Part shown: piece by piece, positions 31,901-36,600 of the stretch
Position numbering within the stretch: position 1 is the first letter of the stretch
Layout of the letters: each line of letters starts with the position of its first letter
Assembly (NCBI GenBank): GCA_944376785.1
Contig: CALWDV010000001.1
Span: forward strand, 1 to 38,910
Direction: 5' to 3'
DNA: 38,910 nt
Origin: an uncultured Clostridia bacterium
Lineage (GTDB): Bacteria; Bacillota; Clostridia; Christensenellales; UBA1242
The notes under the pieces: generated by a model
The model's database searches: none
The model's input: the letters and a program-made list of their open reading frames with translations, nothing else
Told to the model about the DNA's origin: nothing
Program-made: the position numbers and the translations under genes

Positions 31901-33369
31901 CTTAAAACAATTTCTTCTGTTTCAATAACAATTGATACGTTTGTGAAAACTTCGTTATATGTATCACTAATAACACTTAAAATAATTTCTTCTGCTGGTT
32001 TTGTTTCAAATGAATGAGTTAAATAATAAACATTTCCAGCTGAAATTGGTGTGTTAAAAGGAATTGGATTTTTATAAGCATCAAACAATGCAATTTTATC
32101 GTCGCCAGTGTTTAATGATAAAATAACTTCTTGATTATTCATAACACCGGTTTCGTTGCTAACAACAATTTTAATTGGTGTTCCAAACAAATTTGTGCCA
32201 TCATAATTTGCAAAAAGTTTAATTTGATTTAACGCAGTGTTATCACTACCATTGGTAACCTCAACTTTTGTTGGGAAAGCTTCAACATTTATGTTTAAAA
32301 CAATTTTTTGAATGAATGGTTCATAATCTGGAAATTCGGCATGTTTAATAACAAATTCAATTTTGCTTTTTCCATTACCTATTGCATTAATTGTGAAAGT
32401 GTTTTGACTATTTGGAGTTTTATCAATTGAAACAACTCGGTTAATTTCACCATTGTTATCAATAATTGAGCCATCTTCTTTTAACCCCGTTACATCCACA
32501 ACATAGTTGTATGTTAAATTTGGGTCATTATCAAAATTAAAATAAATTGTTTTTGAAAATAAATTTCCTGTGTTTGTGGCAAGAGTTAAATTATATTCGC
32601 CACTACTATTTTTTTTTAAGGTAATGTCATCTTTAAAATTGTCAGGTGTGTTGTTATTGTTTTTAGGAACAATTTTATCAACTGGCACCAAACTAACAAC
32701 TTTAACATCAACATTTTCTGAAACAATTTCGTTGTTATATGTTGACCTTGCTCTCATTTTAAATTCTGTAATATTCAAATCGTTTGGAACGGTTAAGAAA
32801 TTACCTTCGGTTACAATTCTAATTAATTGAGCATCTGATGGGTTAGGATTAGATAATTCAAGTTTGATTCCATTTTGAGCAGTGCCTTCTGGGTTAAAGG
32901 TTAAAAATTTTGAAATATCAGTTCTTTCACCTTTAACAACTGGAATTACACTTGAATTAAATTTGATTGATGAAATTGGTTTTACCACTCTAACAGTTAT
33001 TTGTTCTGTTAAATTACCTTCCAAAGTTTTAACTGTTATGGTTACTGGACCACCCTGTTGTTTTGCTTCAAAAACACCAATGCTTTTTCCATCTTTAACT
33101 GTTGGATTTCCATTAACAACAGAAATAAAATCGTTAATAGGAACACTAAAAGTTACTGCACCATCATACCCTTTTGGCAAATTGGAAACTTGTGCAGTAA
33201 TAGAAAACAAATTGTTCTCTGGTCTTTCGTCAAGAACAATTTCAATGTTGTTTTGATTAACTTCTAATTTCATGTTTTTATACTTATCATCGTTACAACC
33301 ATAAAACATAATTAAGGCTGTGAACAAAATTAAAGTAAAAGCAAAAAATTTCTTTCTTATGTAACCCAT
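10993..33369 (-). CDS. Giant (7,458 aa) modular surface lipoprotein: Ig-like arrays, GLUG-type beta-helix modules and Listeria-Bacteroides repeats; putative adhesin or surface fibre
   Basis: A single 22,377-nt ORF in DNA whose other frames are broken every few dozen codons. ATG 33369 has a GAGGA RBS 7 nt upstream. The N-terminus MGYIRKKFFAFTLILFTALIMFYG-C25 reads as an SPase II lipobox. It has its own promoter-like site and a strong terminator. Repeat grammar is described in the sub-features. Confidence 0.9.
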   Translation of the reverse strand: MGYIRKKFFAFTLILFTALIMFYGCNDDKYKNMKLEVNQNNIEIVLDERPENNLFSITAQVSNLPKGYDGAVTFSVPINDFISVVNGNPTVKDGKSIGVFEAKQQGGPVTITVKTLEGNLTEQITVRVVKPISSIKFNSSVIPVVKGERTDISKFLTFNPEGTAQNGIKLELSNPNPSDAQLIRIVTEGNFLTVPNDLNITEFKMRARSTYNNEIVSENVDVKVVSLVPVDKIVPKNNNNTPDNFKDDITLKKNSSGEYNLTLATNTGNLFSKTIYFNFDNDPNLTYNYVVDVTGLKEDGSIIDNNGEINRVVSIDKTPNSQNTFTINAIGNGKSKIEFVIKHAEFPDYEPFIQKIVLNINVEAFPTKVEVTNGSDNTALNQIKLFANYDGTNLFGTPIKIVVSNETGVMNNQEVILSLNTGDDKIALFDAYKNPIPFNTPISAGNVYYLTHSFETKPAEEIILSVISDTYNEVFTNVSIVIETEEIVLSTTKNEVNIDITKPDVLTRLEINGLPTSYNYNLLKVELVKNDVSDAGALVTVTQTQAQIALSPKGVIGECYINVIAENGSQVTFKIILFESLQTENSYITVAGLKVNATDNKGGNLSTLKVSNGLNISINFTINNKNYTSLNGTGLIYNANSTTTSVVQIKPNYKIQTQNMGGSSQVTIQITGFDELGNQEKTIYFDFIVEVTVPLDKLSTTTKEVVLYDKNTLSANQIATYGTHEIILTSSPSNASLAYGDIEWICEYNGTEITVSPSVNGDEVTYTFYAGFNIVTLTTSKTNFKRATVSCEISGGSVNSLTFTIIARVQQEYKNEYGTTIKSPKTESVRFIVYKAEKVENFVFENVQTHNLNGTQYYEIVYDERDLGYDGSIYTNTENCTREISFSVYPTTALYKDLGYKINNSAVRVSINNVTKKITVQILTKIVGNEDVILTIYALDSVGADGSIGSYKEIKIRVLDGSIQSPFEVSDASDLQRINSALNANYVLINNITLSNWTPIGYINNNILQFNGTLSGKQEIKFNGQVLATSYYTISGMKIVDSDLKYQGLFAYLGANSVISDLIINNFLIKTELNDVTGNFFAGALAGYAEGQIINVTVNDLSGVQSFNGTYYQSINTAEIPDSGIYITSQTDSSEQSYYFVGGLIGFLNNANLNTDSTVQNVEEISAKGNKNTSNNTFDELNLKTNNPNDPEESRYEQVVNANVSAQINVHAQLHNIAYVGGIAGFNNRAVITKTDSSELSFGSDSADVFVSINAHLPSDKQIFNQNSSFGGAVGFNNGIVENLEVKASIFGVYDRSDNYMSNIGGVVGHNVGTIQNTKSFPLLRGHNNIGGIVGKTESAIVTLTNTVSSNVYSFVNGKAAVDEQGFTMENSIAFNSDFQILVESFESITLTYDEFVNLVATQYFTGNDADDNAKDFIRSVYDETGDNVLPDTYYIQKISKNNLLTGSSDVEYNVFRNVNMENENVSKHYYNKYSSTQIAKGLSSYGSNVVNNNSVEFLYLNDKVKLYNTAILGFNNVGGLIGEYIGLMSTSDTTQFYTFNYTGTPVTSVINVENYNPIQFNTVYNYNNDAEKSIVDPFITLETGRGYYGNILLANSHIEEISNNNRNFAGGLVGKLTNGVLNANQVFASIQGHLSGIGGLVGKADGITQISNSSYVGVLYNRVTANSNNATSATGGLVGDALNASTTFAYYGEYENSSNNALYKYLASQIKTYTTNYSNSDFVYNNILSTFNNISHSYYQAVDLNGSYIVGENSVTDNNKSVGFVGEGRKDINITYKYYDNDGVFKIKEFDGVNYLTVNTDILKVNQETLMRSNFDGLMTEKTIEEISVIVTNDATTSDLNTLKLQTKAYGVEKEVDDYGIKLDSNSDGLLDSDTGNDYTTSMEEFKNAELNTYWYFNYQVNNGLPVLLSENKLELTGDKSYKVSLLANFPPTNLFVENKQNYVDTFISGIGENASSVIYFYSLSDTNYVPNGTQINFGNNNANLSDERVANLTSTLSNEIKALNTYSISELLNLTTEPTFIGANSFKISSSNSNVVSVEFDENNNIKFVAKGTGSATITISSAYNTTLQKSIKVNVVNATQRLDLTYFSQGNKKSIEYGSVINISKSSNENPITLPINSMLDATYNFVSGSTINKEFELEQNANSGVRYYYLSTKTKDYKPYHSIYHTQRIEATADNNNPFNITINNQTFTEEFKDGEYVYYIDVPYGNSADFVGLEESTASLFAVPYIVSNNEKVLLLNQGGKDSEIELNKSYSITQQSGGQDVVTSNIKIIGGFEIPDLSANVDVVTESDYINLISKLISKFDVKVTKSSWKITQSTNSVTFPVNGTPTFNIEIETDKDSEELFVVYSNEFGTEKIISVSNIINLYKSEIQIGNLTLLVNNPIPQEINNKNYITYNFGLIVKDENKLNVNEEFTRTFKFFTVKENAPEINYDDFGFVTNSVTSIADLNMMATLPVTLIPQDIVDIKLKHYPNSETTTKTDSNGNKITEVNLSEIAYDNLIPGNVGILKVYISPYFAYFDDLEIVSTGSGNDIVLFEQMLANIEETESGVLYTGKYETLIVSNNQITSGIKLVKNSYKTQDGVTGYDGNIYIRTLVNSFVTEANSFTLTLRAYKNGEVVKTASITLDVQTPPSLQLSINGDKEAPIARGTEQSFTATLNGVEGSIDFSESYIYRINTNGMEVRLGGIGSDFNIKQSNGSYSITTNVNLPTSRYIKIVGTVTKQINGETITHTDSLTLKVTDFVINEISVDKVENGSFVGMFNQPYSLIVRISKATYNPSISTLVKEKITQLEKEFSSYYEGEIEVWRSVNKTYDQSDERRYGTLSLGYNSSKTFIIGSKSEEEFNNALVYSVQNTKFDSGDTLAALVNYIYTDNGIVALVGENKEKYENVTAYKYEKTFEFGFGFYRVRDEEKPDPIENVTDFMKMEDGVDYILVNDLVLTDWVPFRDDLKINSLDGNGYVITIESFALDAYVDGQELIPNKNIGLFDKINSGTTIKNLIIEIVPKNWANSIETASESNTNADLVVDARAYENINFGILAGENEGIITNVQVVEDAGELKLERELTFASAYPNDPLYSGYYKVVNGVWEFDKNKFIIDNFSRFYPNKDYVKDDQQQPVLDLNGDLQIIAKENTTRRDLSVVRIETTTTVDVQTHYMAGLVGVNLDRGTDVLGYITNSSVENITINGVGYVAGFVANNSGKISTSYFKGANVINRVAENYAEAATGGFVVFNSGTNAAIQYSYVQGRLGEGINFSNPNNGTSNYPYADKTGLNADAKKDFAGYNYINNGVNLEGYKTSVATLRAMNSIISSKTRASGFVYENDSIVSNSYSNIMVNSSMQTSGFVYNNKEHGTISSCYSLSSVKVNSMASSPFVGRSSNYEYNNANPEGIEDCHYLKIGSDENAVTAEITYAEEFLDENEPATSLGASQFGEYNTFQGYAFNTDFELSSEESITRSVWFIPNAESQILYKSHFKDTYYVSSRPELVAANLKTTSIRVWTGTDESEENSYNYISDTIGESVHNPLLIKSAENFNNYLNYDATVDAKDRNFAIRFISDIAFNKTDLTAQTYNMDYYGDLDGNGMTINELRLVSDTDFENPETGKTITHLGLFGRIITQPLDKENSQRGVVRNLNINVSEVRGSKVTYVGALAGSIENANVFNVNITGDEVIQGKNIVGGLAGIISGDSEIVNITSNVSAKSAYFKNSNIFSANYSNQLPSVYGTFDIYNKEVIGDLTNNAETVSYVGGIAGIFDVDERDEDENINPLSLFNSKARKLTIQGSVSLIGEIVGGIFGLNGDESTASDLTFIVEERATPELIGSRITGGLVGENRGEIDRSYIEHSSTLQKQIDESYKTAVSTSATNPTVNNSNLNYNGLFKGNAHYIGGVIGFNNGGVVKNSYSKINVINLDSMYAGGFVGLSVGGQYNFCYTTGSVSGFKASGGFVGLQTVNPFMETSNVTEFKNDIFGSYIYIEPTKSNMSNIESRTTNFVGVVAANVWRSEDLETDRILTYNANNNLSIGAMIGVVVTGETGNALTLSNTLSSSGLLNERRKGETNFFVQPKITVSNLLVPTKEQLNMNETDYNEFKKLYEVMPEIGAFNSNFLYTTNQRYIVDDVRFTNTTNSTGDTFESTTTLMYKPTGLSGYVEEAKKNNQGQYIKEDGSTTTNPDEAAKVYYQYSRLQNIGSSRTLKEIITTLDVISTEAVSMGDKFVNNQTVASSSDIYRSPVFDTWNVNRWTGVRKETAADQNTVFPYLEAKPEKTRIEVRTYEDLKLMSTYTNAEFILMNDIDLAENKDEQQRVIPWEAVGTRAIPFKGSLHSNGDNQYTIYNLTINNALSTYVGLVGYASEAEFKNFNLSNVNIDIDETEQGALFIGSLVGYATMSTKIENVNIVTGYINATNSNITNGATITTSGAGTVGGLVGFSALGTIKDCGTYDLQFKNGVVSKDLSDRNDKVLININKIGDISKLENDVNKTLAFGGLVGMMTSLTVEEPMITNSVVDASLTFNNSTSIIPTDDKLGSDLNRSFDIGGLIGRSNDETSSQARITNVNINAKINADLNFGTQTKIAEINIGNAIGKSVATLLTEDISVDNKYSRNYIYGRSEANTVNVNGFDGMVNYGGAIGYVVGSTLNQETTSVVYTSYEISQTLIGNNQELKANINVKNTNKINHNVANTNANNVNVGGAVGYANNANVVNVNANTNLNVVLSGTESVLKAGGLIGKISNGQLISNLISLGTLTIDDCKNNVSNNNNVSNNNIVNAGGAFGEVVMAQTLNGFGQIKKVISQTNVIVKPTSTLTFNEPLYVGGFAGVVYSGSIDQSVSTGNVSVKKNAMNGTASVGGFIGKIDISSQILNGTISNKVEITNNIATTDLELTSMFEDDVDSQKAGLFVGSISYNNNNSSLTLRSNYTIGKYIYNSEMNSNNVYYDALYNERVNKGGFLGGFDIVASNVTLSNIETVSNLTFNNNYYNKEFVPFSNDYMNGLTVNEMLYNCGDSNGIFTDKTTLGFNSDQVWYGVNNKYPILTWIQTSTNAIGTDGTVDTLNLENSVAGNSVSYVVGSGTKLSPSTNYALDEDNASYIITDTNVTSSFSGVNQTIYYQNQNAITNTSFEINNLDRYSLVYGLFITANKTSAIVNNNYGMIVNSSIKNGLVNNNYGVVYEVTFNGLNGFNGTNNLKYVANNNNGAIDSVVANLAFSGLSSSNKAYIANANNGAIYRTVIKNTNNLFEFAKTNSGKIKTSYIITTENVTEGSTSGTLTKGTYYDGLGTSSVYELNNTVNTDVKFNTSEVQSDLTNINGFNFVDDWILISSSNSNLNYGAPMLRYELKETNGAKGGFNFNSEIISGDNGYYWAKALNQNEFNTLVNNYKNKSIIEINSNEDFANVASANSYGYQENLVVDYASFNNAKFNENIMTSVSNDDGTLSITKTEFKFGIVKTTTLKIINFEGKTIKLNKNIDLSGKLWTPIGNGFDNLKTAINEGFEIGNKINAMFKGNIEGAGFSISGVTVIEENKNAGLFGTVYATNQNTFANNVLIKDSNFISVSKNGGFALSGALAGRVVLTTSANLIMKVGTENANVFATNRASGIVGDILNASGLNANDKVEFKLPTMQYAYVNSYVIASNGDDNIASAIINFGNNASVNASNQLTSSETNGLISEMYFAGNIGDFRLTKSGEFKRIDQHSTSADLNACQNTDSVETLHRFFGNSPLNLNGTDFNNNETARKSMYAINFLDTTSMNSNNKIDENFLINEAIPNFTWGAAWTRMFGQNNNYPVLNAKVSYWVSRSNDDGMVISGSTYSINKPEQLAWIAEQVNTGVKTFQYETIVLTADINLKDYIWSPIGYNSSNSFRGTFDFNGHKITNIITSGTYIKDSNSVIGVSCVDSKNIGLFGYTSNAKIISSTGVGTIGDDLDNSKIVGRGSVGGVVGFAENTEIENIVNNANIASTLLTNDDDQTGVGGIVGTAYLTMSRDFDNLTNNGNISVSRNNAGGIIGLVYGSNVSLNITKSINTGNITSTSDNVGGIVGATLGNEISETVTEYVNVSINGIENWTTDYTGDDIVRVNTTSKPDNSGNIKGKENVGGIVGKLSSGSIEAVTNIGEVVGLGNSVGGIAGYVDQGGKIYEAINTGNIGGTGNVGGIAGNINLNSTTNSTYLVNLLNKGKIQKYSNGVLENIDSSTFGKFVGYGSDLNKLLTQTYSAIDVSSNASSSFLFGNNNTLNHYFNQGVMNLASINTVLNTNTKITYDGSEYVKFDSVFADSLVWQNVEDANAETIKLAYNTLPQGSAPTLSGSNYEVSNADHFKYLTDLNRKRFGVSSVTGGINIISNITLSDISPMGMGAYPWRNDVNGGNHTLTINSVSADAVDYSLFGSIFGESSKNVNLQRIKLNYNVSTINKETGLLINIGNFVNISNVNISSNNTITVSKKFGTIANTLTNSVVSNSSNSINIKANITQDGVGGLVADIKDTNIISSNNTGDINGNIYASSVYVGGIVGNTYSTNGNNYINGCNNISDISFTNQSTSKTYVGGITGNDYNYSYNSDFNGEIHYKSNNVLDERVGSVKGNSYVGGIIGNANQTKIIKNVVNNGVLEGSYVGGIIGNATSVIVEDTTNTNAFAATNNGLINTGKRSGGIIGNASSTTINKVTNNTLGEVMSTNGYSGGIVGYANKTTIKNSYNNGYVASRNFDTSGTGAITGTAINNSRIESNTIRGYVGLYARTRSGVNYYYKNYNTDGLNGSGVTFKGDYHIVDGKVVYKSGNVYKDTNLSSNKKYNYSRVSGTQNSSTLLHNNVPELTTLSVYDYYVNVKTENPNFAGWGHFTVKLTAYKAEAHINSDSGGFRFTNYSQVGSSENSAYYGWFYGWGAQASWAKTSVSFDTVSSSYIEANGDTPQYTVTFDPQNGQGIKTETYYQGDPLKLPTYSKEGAVFVGWFDQNGEQYIENHIVESNLNLIAKWEDSSYVIGLYDNEISGNDYKSLGTITVKHNKPIDFSDPKLSPTKTGYKFRAWYLMSTTIWNETVNGAIDGETNAQKTLEQYIDDWEDAKLVTDPNNIDGTGFENTKVTSSTTFERETNIYALFVAIRTVTFNYNYEGAPNAKVVEVAINTPVQRPSDPSRDGYELVDWYLNAEGTGSPYNFSNPVTTNITLYAKWKGITRHVIINYNDPNGNLENVELLIENGNSVEDEGKTPQDPEIEGYTFIEWQYNGETFDFATPITSDIEIIAIWERNEYTVNFYALAGEDPIYTQTILHGDSLKAETILDPSRTGYTFEGWKISTDGGQSLTEDFDINLPITDSYEVYAYWVPIPQNVSFVYDVGEGEQIINTLQVNYDSKVTVPETNPILEGYRFNGWYTSSNYSTRFDFENTIVQGETKIYAQFIKQITITFVLDDSQNYGNIHKEIPVVIDINTVISSELIPNTSDLNHNGLRLVWKLYNGDVIGEEIDLTTYTFTEDTKIITTFTA
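10996..12702 (-). repeat. Seven tandem Listeria-Bacteroides (Flg_new / TIGR02543-type) repeats, aa 6890-7458
   Basis: The units are roughly aa 6891-6953, 6958-7076 (with an insertion), 7080-7148, 7154-7222, 7227-7299, 7304-7374 and 7378-7456. The best copy is RTVTFNYNYEGAPNAKVVEVAINTPVQRPSDPSRDGYELVDWYLNAEGTGSPYNFSNPVTTNITLYAKW, matching the YTVTF-..G-....P.DP.R.GY.F.GW-....F.....T.D..LYA.W consensus. Gln6890 was verified at nt 12700..12702. Confidence 0.8.
12703..13250 (-). other. Tyr/Trp/Asn-rich domain of unknown family (aa about 6707-6889)
   Basis: The stretch reads GYVGLYARTRSGVNYYYKNYNTDGLNGSG...SAYYGWFYGWGAQASWAKTSVSF. A related aromatic-rich segment ends the neighbouring giant protein. 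Confidence 0.4.
13251..24624 (-). other. Six consecutive GLUG-type modules (modules 2-7, aa 2916 to about 6706)
   Basis: Head motifs ('x-x-I-x-x-x-E-D/Q-L...Y-x-L-x-x-D/N-I-x-L...W-x-P-I/F...F-x-G-x-L/F-x-G-N-G-x-x-I') begin at aa 2916 (nt 24624), 3523 (22803), 4264 (20580), 5372 (17256), 5796 (15984) and 6290 (14502). Each head is followed by GG[IVL][IVA]G rungs, and most modules end in a W...(N)YP(I/V)L cap. Confidence 0.6.
19093..19128 (-). repeat. Perfect 18-nt tandem duplication, in frame: (NVSNNN) x2
   Basis: Plus-strand gttattgtttgaaacatt occurs at 19093..19110 and again at 19111..19128. It is codon-aligned (aa 4748-4759 of the giant protein). Confidence 0.9.
24625..27639 (-). other. 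Ig-like / beta-sandwich array II (aa 1911-2915), including a clear Big_2-like domain around aa 2030-2080
   Basis: FKISSSNSNVVSVEFDENNNIKFVAKGTGSATITISSAYNTTLQKSIKVNVV matches the Big_2 pattern (Gly2054 at 27208..27210). The rest has beta-rich periodicity without GG.xG rungs. Confidence 0.5.
27640..30477 (-). other. GLUG-type beta-helix module 1 (aa 965-1910)
   Basis: The head is SPFEVSDASDLQRINSALNANYVLINNITLSNWTPIG...FNGTLSG...YQGLFAYLG. It is followed by many rungs of the type F/VGG(A/I/V)(I/V/A)G.N.G.I.N. The cap is TYWYFNYQVNNGLPVLL (Pro1907 at 27649..27651). Confidence 0.6.
30478..33294 (-). other. Ig-like beta-sandwich array I (aa 26-964; roughly nine to ten domains of about 95 aa)
   Basis: Alternating beta-strand patterns recur and end in motifs such as 'VTITVKT...ITVRVV', 'KIEFVIKH' and 'QVTIQITGFD', typical of Big_2-like domains. 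No GG.xG rungs occur in this part. Confidence 0.55.
32609..32617 (-). repeat. A9 homopolymer in coding sequence (codons 251-254 of the giant gene)
   Basis: Plus-strand T9. The minus strand reads ACC TTA AAA AAA AAT AGT (T L K K N S). It is the longest homopolymer run I found in the window. Confidence 0.9.
33295..33369 (-). other. Lipoprotein signal peptide (aa 1-25, Cys25 as lipidation site)
   Basis: Positive n-region (RKK), 13-residue hydrophobic core AFTLILFTALIMF, then YG followed by Cys; polar NDDKYKN follows. The lipobox is non-canonical at -3/-2 (F, Y) but has Gly at -1. Confidence 0.7.
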
Positions 33370-33468
33370 TTTTTCATCCTCAAATTTATTATTAGTTTTT
33401 GAAAAAAAACAAATTTTATAACGTTATATATATTTATTATATTATATAATATATTACGGCTTAACATT

Positions 33469-33497
33469 AGTATAATTTTTATTAAAATATTAGTCAA
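33469..33497 (-). promoter_or_regulatory. Predicted promoter of the giant lipoprotein gene
   Basis: On the minus strand: TTGACT (33497..33492), 17 nt, TATACT (33474..33469), located between the upstream terminator and the RBS. The leader would be about 95 nt. Chance matches are frequent in DNA this AT-rich. Confidence 0.4.
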
Positions 33498-33635
33498 ATA
33501 AATATAGCATATGTTAAAAAAATGGATGAAAAATTTAGCATATTTTTTATTGATTTTGTTGTGTTTAAAAAACAATTTTTTGTTTTAAATTTTAATAAGT
33601 TTGAAAAATATTTTACATTAAAAAATTGGTCACTA

Positions 33636-33669
33636 AAACAAAAAAAGTGCGCTTAAAAACGCACTTTTT
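33636..33669 (-). terminator. Rho-independent terminator of the upstream giant gene
   Basis: Stem AGTGCG / CGCACT (33646..33651 with 33660..33665) with an 8-nt loop, flanked by an A-run and a T-run. It directly abuts the TAA stop at 33670..33672. Confidence 0.65.
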
Positions 33670-36600
33670 TTATTTTATAAATCCTGCATCTGGATTGTCA
33701 GAATAGAATTTAACATTTGACCAAGCATTCCAAACTATTGGTTTAAACCAACCTTCACGAGCATAGAAGGTGTGATATCCAAAGTTTTTTTCTTCAACCA
33801 ATGTGCCCTTATCAACCCATGTCATACCAGGATATGAATAATCTTTAAGATTTAAATATTTATATGATTCCACATAATATCCTAATTTAACATATTCTTC
33901 GTATTTATTTTTTAAATATGTTAAAACTTCTTTCTTTTCATTATTTGCCTGACTTGTCAAAGTTTCTAAATAATATATTCTATTATAATAACTATATCCA
34001 CCACCAGAACCATCTAATACAAAATTTTCAAATTCATCAGAATATTTTTTATAATTATTGCTTCCATAATAGAATGTTGTACCTGACAAACTAGAATTAA
34101 TATTAAATGTTCTTGTTCCAACATTTACAGTCCTATTTAATGTTGCATTGTTTGTTCCTGCTGCGGCAAAATCTTTAACATGAATTCCGTAGTTTCTATA
34201 TGTGTCATAAATGTTTAAAATTTGTGAATTTAAAACGTTTGCACTGTTAACTGTTCCACTTGTTGCACCTGCCACAAATCCAACCAAAATTTTGAATGAT
34301 GGTTTTCCTGGAATTTTTGTGTTGCCAGCAACTTTTGTTTCAATTCCACCATATTCAATAACATTATGTCCAATAGTTTTGTCGCAGTTAAACACACCTT
34401 TTGCACCATCGCCACCACCAGCACCTAAATAAGCATTAAAGTTATTATTTTTGTAATTTGCATCTTGCGAACCAATACCCATATATAATTCTGGCATATA
34501 ACCCGTGTGTTGATCCATGTCTAGTTCACTATTATAGTAAATGTTAGTACTGCTTACAATACAGTTTTCAATTCTACCATTGTTTGTGTAACCAGCAATT
34601 CCACCAACTAATCTTGATCCATAAACGTCGGCAACAACAATTATATTACTAATTGTTCCACTTAAATTGTTTCCAACAACGCCACCAATGTTTGCATTAT
34701 ACTTATCACTTGTTTGATTTGTTCCAACAGTAGCATAAACACTTGTTTTTGATGATGCCCCTTTAATTGAGCCTTTATTTATTCCGGCAATTCCACCAAT
34801 GTTATAACTACCATTTAATTTAACATTAGATTTGGTTGATGAAACACTTGCATTTGTGAATTCAACTGTTCCATTAGTATCAATATATCCAACCACACCA
34901 CCGCTTACATTATATCCAACAATTTCAACTTTTGAAATTTTTGGATTTACCAATTTTGCGTTAGAACCTAAATAACCAACTGCACCACCAGTTTGTGAAG
35001 CATTTGAATTTCCATTTAAAATTCCATTAGTTGCAATTGAATTATAATTATTGTTCCAATTATATGTTGTGTTTCTAATTGTGTCAAAGTTAGAAGCTGA
35101 ACCAGTGCCACTGATAATTGTTGAATTTCCCTTTATTTCGACATTTGTTATGGTTGGAGCAATTCCTGAACTTACTTCTTGTTTTGCATAACCAACAATG
35201 CCACCTAGTGCAATTTGACCGTTAATTTCAACAGAATCAACAACCAAATTTTCCAAAGTTCCAGCACTCAATTTTCCAACAATACCACCAACATTGCTGT
35301 TTCCGTTAATGGTTAAATATTGAGTTGTAACATTTGAAACTTTTCCACTATTATTAAGCCCAATCAAGCCACCTAAATTGGTTGAACTTGTTGCTGTTAA
35401 TTGTGCTTTTGCATTGCTTTCACCTTTAACAGTAACATTTTTAATTTCGCCGTTGTTAATTCCAACTAAAATTCCAACATTACCAGAAGATGAAATTGTT
35501 ACATATGGACTAACAATATTTAAGTTATCAATAACACTACCTGATGCAACATTTGCAAATAATCCAAATCCAGCATCAACACTTAAATTTGAACCTGTAA
35601 TTTTTAAATTATTAATTGAATGTCCAAGACCATAGAAGCTAATTTCATTATTTAACACTATTAAGTTATTAAATATTCCTGCATTACTACTTCCACTGTT
35701 TACTTTAGACATATCAATATTACTAATTAAAGCAATATTTGCATTAACCAAATTCAAATATAAGTTATTTATAACATTCATTTGTCCTGCATGATAAATT
35801 ACAAACAACGCTTTATTAGAAGATGTTGTTGAATTAACAAAACTATTAACAATTTGAGTGTTATCACTATTTCCAACAAACAAAGTTGGAAGTTGAATAC
35901 CACCATTTATAACAGGATATCCAAAGTTATATTTAGCAAATTCATTATTGTTTAATTTTGTCCAATTTGATGGAACAAATTGTGTTTTTAAGAATGAATT
36001 TGCAATGTTTTTCTCACCACTTGAAACAAAATCAACTGTTCTAGTGTATCTAACACCAGTTATGTCTTTTGAAGCATCGGCTGTGTTAACATCTAGATTT
36101 GTTGCCCCAGTGGTTACTGGTGTTGCTTCTATATCATAGAAACAATTTCTAATTTTTGCACCAGTTTCTTGTTGTCCAACAAAAACATTGTTTGAAACAC
36201 TTGTTGCAAACAAACTACCAGAATAATAAGATGTTTCAATTAATCCACTATTTTTATTTGCAAAACCTGAAATTGAACTTGCATTAGTTAAAACTTTATT
36301 ATCATTATCTTTGTTTATAATTGAAGAATTTGAATAGCAATCTTTAATGAATGCATTTTTAAAGTTTTCCTTAACAAAGCCACTAAATGAAAGATTTTCC
36401 ATTCTTAATGAGTTAGTTAAAATTAAAACATCACTTCCACTTTGAACAATGTTTGCATGGTTGTTATACACAAATGTTGCAACATCTTGACCAAAAATTA
36501 AATTTTGTCCAAATAAGTATCCATAAGTTACAACATTTATAATATTACCATAGTTATTTTGAACTAACGCACCTTTAAATAGTTCATTAGTGCTAGTTAT

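Noticed and set aside
33357-33575. 72-aa minus-strand ORF overlapping the giant gene start and its upstream region
   Set aside because: It is out of frame with the giant ORF and spans the predicted promoter and 5' UTR. Its translation is Ile/Asn/Lys/Phe low-complexity sequence typical of AT-rich intergenic DNA.
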